Shown: positions 60,096 through 64,000 of the stretch, piece after piece | Numbering within the stretch: position 1 is the first letter of the stretch | Layout of the letters: the number at the start of each line of letters is the position of its first letter | From: Lepidodermella squamata | Lineage: Eukaryota > Animalia > Gastrotricha | Length of the DNA: 64,000 nucleotides | Direction: 5' to 3' | NCBI GenBank assembly: GCA_047495785.1 | Contig: JBLDXI010000020.1 | Location: 1,116,001-1,180,000 of the forward strand | Translations under genes and position numbers: made by a program | Notes under the pieces: generated by a model | What the model saw: the letters and a program-made list of their open reading frames with translations, nothing else | What the model was told of the DNA's origin: nothing | Databases searched by the model: none

Positions 60096-60712
60096 TTCGC
60101 CTGAGTGTTCCGAAGTTTAAAGTTCGGCCTCCGAAGACACCCTCTCCGAAGTTAGTTTGTGGACGCACCATAACAAAAGCCAACAGAAATTAATGTCATA
60201 CGAGTCGCGGCCAACTCCCATTTCAATGGGCTGGGCGTATGCTCCGTCATGGAGATTTCTATTTCGTCACGGACAGAGGCATTTGACAGTGTCAAAATCG
60301 TCGGCAAAACTTCTTCAGATGACCAATATGAATAAAGATTCGGATTCTACAGGTCTTATTACCCTAGGCATGATCAATGACGGGGGAACGTAAAGTGTTC
60401 CACCGTTAGTGTTTCATTTTTTGTTTGTCCTGGTGTCCGCACCTGTTTTGCGCACGGTGGCCAACGTCGCGCTCCATCGTTACCTCCCGCAATTTTATTG
60501 CGCCGCGCAGTTTTATTACCTAGCGATAGTTAAATTTGCCATAAGTACTTCATACTCTAATTAAATTTCTAATTAAACTGCTCATGAATTTACCAATGCC
60601 CAAGTCGGAAATCAGCTGAAAATGCCATAGCTAATATACACTATGCGCCATAATGTTTTGCGTATTGGATAACACTTTATTTTTCATTTACGAACCACCA
60701 AAAATTGCGATT

Positions 60713-61539
60713 TAAGAGTTGTTTTCCGTTTATATCGTTGCTATTGGGGTTGAATTAAATCGGATAACGTGTAAAAGCTGTCCTATGTCAATTTTTCAGA
60801 TTTGGCCAGCTTGGATATGAGCGTTACCCAATTCAAAAAGTGCCCATTTTGAGCCATTTTTTAGAGTTTGCAACCCTCCCGCGACCAGAAGGAGGTTTAT
60901 TTCGGCCTAAAAGTAGTTGCAGAAGACGTAGTTGGGTTAGAGTTAATCGAAAATGTTTGGGCTTTGCTCCCCGACTGACTATTTTGGAAAGTAATGGGTT
61001 ATTGAGCGATGACTTGGCCTTCTGTCATAGAGACGTTCAGGACAGGCTCTGTATCGCCGCAGGATGGTCATGATAAACGCATTTGAGAACTTTTATCATG
61101 CGTTTCTTATATTGAGGGATTAATCGCAAATGCTTTCCGATAAAATCCAGACATATTTCGCGCCTTGATAGTCACCAGTGTCACGTAGAAGAGTAGTTTC
61201 TCGGGGCGTTTGCTAACCTTGAACTAATCCTGCAATTTGATTAATCAACCCTGACGTAATATAACCTGTCAACCTGCAGGGAGGCGAAATAGTGGTATAT
61301 TTTGACAAACACTTACTTGTCTACAACTTCTCTAATGATTTGCCGGCCGAAATAAACCTCCTTCTGGTCGCGGGAGGGTTGCAAACTCTAAAAAATGGCT
61401 CAAAATGGGCACTTTTTGAATTGGTTAACGCTCATATCCAAGCTGGCTAAATCTGAAAAATTGACATAGGACAGCTTTTAAACGTTCTCCGATATAATTC
61501 AACCCCATTAGCAATGATGAAAACGGAAAACAACTCTTA
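60713..61539. repeat. Nested foldback element with ~195-bp inverted arms
   Basis: 60713-60907 is the reverse complement of ~61346-61539 (e.g. caattcaaaaagtgcccattttgagccattttttagagtttgcaaccctcccgcgaccagaaggaggtttatttcggcc). Confidence 0.85.
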
Positions 61540-61540
61540 T

Positions 61541-62431
61541 GTTAAGCTAGATTCACAAATTACAAAATGTTCGCCGGGCAGAGTGTTCGCCGCGAACAAA
61601 CGCTTCAGTGCGGCGAACAGATCGCAATCAGGGCGAACATTTCGAAGTTGCGTAATCGCTGACCGAAGTTTGAGATTTTCGTTCACAAACGCGCGCACTT
61701 CGGACTGCGCGCCCGAAGTGAGAACAATGGGCGGCGCGCACGCACTAGACAAAGGACGCGCGCAAACTTCGGTTCGGAGAGGCCCACAACTACTCTCCGA
61801 AGCGCCTCCGAACCGAAGTTTGTGCGTGTCCGCAGTTACTACGTACGCACGCGCGCGCGGCCACTTGACCGCGCGAGGTAGGGCGACGACATAAATTAAC
61901 TGTTCCTGTGGCATCTTTAGTTCGTATTAATGACTATAACTGACGAAAATGACGTAACTTTCAAGTATATGGAACGCGCGCAGTAAATTCCTTGTTTTCA
62001 CAACAAAATTCAATATTATAGAAATTATTAGGTGCTTTTAAAAATAGCTTATTGCGCGCGTTGAAAAAAAATCAATTTAATTTTTTATTTATTCTGAAAA
62101 ATGGTGAATTTCGCGTCGAAATTTAGCTTTTTGTTATCGCCGTCGGATTTCGCGTCTTACTATTTAGGAATTTTGAGAATTCAAGTGAAATTGAAAAAAA
62201 TTCGTGTCTACCCTGCGGCCCCTTCTCTAGTTTTAGCGCGCTCGCACTCATGTGCGCGCTCTCGAAATCTTCGGCCTTCAAACAATAGAAACTTCGGACG
62301 ACTTATGCCGCGCGCGCGCGGAAATTGTCACTGATAACGTCACCGAAGTTTCGCTTGAGTGTTCCGAAGTTTCAAGTTCGGTCTCCGAAGTCACCCTCCG
62401 AAGTCACCGAAGTTAGTTTGTGGACGCACCA
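61541..62431. mobile_element. Harbinger-derived non-autonomous fragment sharing its right end with the 58-60 kb element
   Basis: 62350-62431 closely matches 60095-60170 and ends gtggacgcacca|TTA; many ccgaagtt/aacttcgg subterminal motifs; left boundary approximate. Confidence 0.6.
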
Positions 62432-62544
62432 TTAAATCGCAATTTTTCGAGTTTCACGTATTAAAAATGACGTTTTACCCAATACGCAAAACATTATGGC
62501 GCATAGTGTATTAACATTGAAAATCCTATTATTCATAATTAATT

Positions 62545-63330
62545 TCCCCCTGGCAACAAGTGGGTCCAGCAGAAGACGGGACTCTCGCTCGCCGAATGGC
62601 GGACGGGAATCAAAAAGCGACGACGAACGTGCTTCCCGTTCGAGCCTTGCCTGGTCGCAGCACTGATGGCGTCCTCTGTCGGCACTGCCACAGAGAGCCC
62701 GAAACTTTAGGACACGTCCTAGGTGCTTGCAGTCATGGTAATGACTTGATCATCGCCCGGCACGATAACGTCAAGCGTCTCATCGCGAACGAGCTTACTC
62801 ACCGAGGGTCGAAGGTGCAGGTTGAAAGGCGCGGTCTTGCGACGAACGGCGAATGGAGCGGAACGGCGGCCGGACATCATCGCCTGGAACCCTGAGACGA
62901 AGGAAGGGTGGATCCTCGACCCGACTGTCCATATCGAAACGAATGTACCAGATCAGTTCGATCAAGCCGACGCGGTCAAGCGTGGCAAGTACGAGCCATG
63001 CGTGCCCTACTACCTTGAGCTCTATAAATTGAATAGCCTAACTGTCTGCGGTATCTATATCGGAGCCCGCGGAACCATCACGCGAGGCGTTGTTGATCTT
63101 TTTTATAAACTAGGTTTGCCTAAATCCTTACTGTGTGACATTGCTCTGTCGGTAATTAGGGACAACAAAGTGATCGTCCAGCGGCACCTATACAGCTAGA
63201 TTTACCTACTCGTTGTTTTTTTCCTAATTCTGCTATTGTTGTATAAACAAAAACTAGATCCTCTTTCTGTGTCTACGGGCAACAGGGGCCTATGCGCTAC
63301 CTGCAGACCATCGCTTTTATAATATAAAAT
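62545..63330 (+). mobile_element. 5'-truncated, frameshifted non-LTR retrotransposon with a restriction-like endonuclease (R2/NeSL-type group)
   Basis: NKW..GLS.AEW..IK, PVRALPGRS, CRHC..ETLGHVLGAC (CCHC knuckle), RHD, RPDI..ILDPTV..KRGKYE (PD..D..K), GARGTI; frame breaks near 62612 and 62850; 3' boundary approximate. Confidence 0.85.
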
Positions 63331-63573
63331 GATCATTGTTGTTGTGTTTGCGATACTCACTAATTTTATATTGGCGAATGATATAACAAAGTCGAAGCGA
63401 ATGATATAACTAAGAGAATTCAAAGTCCTTATGAGAGTCCCCGCTCACCTGACTGCTTCGTTGCATTGTAAATCGACAAATCCCCAGGACCCAGGACTTG
63501 AGAAAAATCTCTATCTCTATAAAATTAGATATCGCAGTCGGTCCAACTGCGAGTGAGTGCGATGACTCTAAGA

Positions 63574-64000
63574 CTCTAAGCTTTAAGAGCTTTATGTGTG
63601 AGTACGATGACCCACGAGTGAGCACGATGACTCAATATATCTACGGCTATTTGAGTAACTGAAATTCAGAAACTAAGTTTTCTGAGGCTTTGGTGCCGTT
63701 ATATAGGCCTCTCTCGTGTAAGCTCCACCCCCGCGCGATGGCCACCGCCACGCTCTGACCGTTCACGGTCATGACCTCGCGCACTATAATAATGCGTAGT
63801 TTTATTGCACATACCTATAGCAATAATTTTATTTGCTTGGCCAATAAAAGTCGGCCCTCACCCCAGTGGGCGGAGCTTTTAGACGGTCTATATAAGGGAC
63901 CGAAAACCGCAGATTACTTAGTTTCTGAATTTCAGTAACTCAAATAGCCGTAGATATATTGAGTCATCGTGCTCACACATAAAGCTCTTGAAGCTTAGAG
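63574..64000. mobile_element. MITE-like inverted repeat, truncated by the window end
   Basis: gtgagcacgatgactcaatatatctacggctatttgagtaactgaaattcagaaactaag versus cttagtttctgaatttcagtaactcaaatagccgtagatatattgagtcatcgtgctcac. Confidence 0.8.

Larger units (their letters stand above)
58198..60170. mobile_element. Decayed PIF/Harbinger DNA transposon (divergently oriented MADF and transposase genes; right end retained)
   Basis: Two-gene arrangement typical of Harbinger; ends ...ccgaagttagtttgtggacgcacca|TAA (TWA target); left TIR not found. Confidence 0.8.
60639..62508. mobile_element. Non-autonomous Tc1/mariner-like element (1.87 kb) carrying nested repeats
   Basis: 30-bp perfect TIR CACTATGCGCCATAATGTTTTGCGTATTGG / CCAATACGCAAAACATTATGGCGCATAGTG; TA on both flanks. 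Confidence 0.85.

Noticed and set aside
58198-60170. Domesticated HARBI1/NAIF1-like gene pair
   Set aside because: The transposase has two frame breaks, the MADF gene has no start codon and a premature stop, and a TIR-like end is retained
61560-62430. CRISPR-like array of ccgaagtt repeats
   Set aside because: Repeats are short, irregularly spaced and in both orientations; the context is eukaryotic with no cas genes
60639-62508. Transib (RSS-like CACTATG) or CACTA assignment
   Set aside because: No 5-bp TSD; TA flanks and the TIR pattern fit Tc1/mariner better
1-64000. tRNA, rRNA, snRNA or spliced-leader RNA genes
   Set aside because: None recognised by eye; an Infernal/tRNAscan run would be needed to exclude them

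Overview
This is eukaryotic DNA from a gene-dense invertebrate animal genome with very short introns (mostly about 45-65 nt, GT-AG) and the standard genetic code. The fragmented ORF track resolves into about 20 spliced genes, dominated by cell-surface and secreted signalling proteins. Receptors: three intronless GABA-B-like class C GPCRs, an mGluR-like Venus-flytrap protein with a single TM helix, two FMRFamide-receptor-like class A GPCRs, and two paralogous 7TM proteins of no family I recognise. Secreted or surface proteins: three tandem paralogues of an unrecognised small two-cysteine secreted family, a ~3,800-aa FReD/C-type lectin/sushi/LamG/WSC mosaic protein with about 38 introns, five Ly6/uPAR-type GPI-anchored proteins and a Cys-rich EB-like protein. 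Intracellular proteins: a LITAF protein with a His-rich N-terminus, an atypical nuclear receptor (P-box CEACKK) and an intact glutaminase homologue that has lost essentially all its catalytic residues. The last ~9 kb is transposon debris: a dead PIF/Harbinger element (MADF + DDE transposase), nested Tc1-like and foldback MITEs, and an RLE-type non-LTR retrotransposon fragment. The best candidates for undescribed biology are the pseudo-glutaminase, the novel secreted family sitting among orphan receptors, and the novel 7TM pair. All gene models were assembled by eye; no database searches were run.
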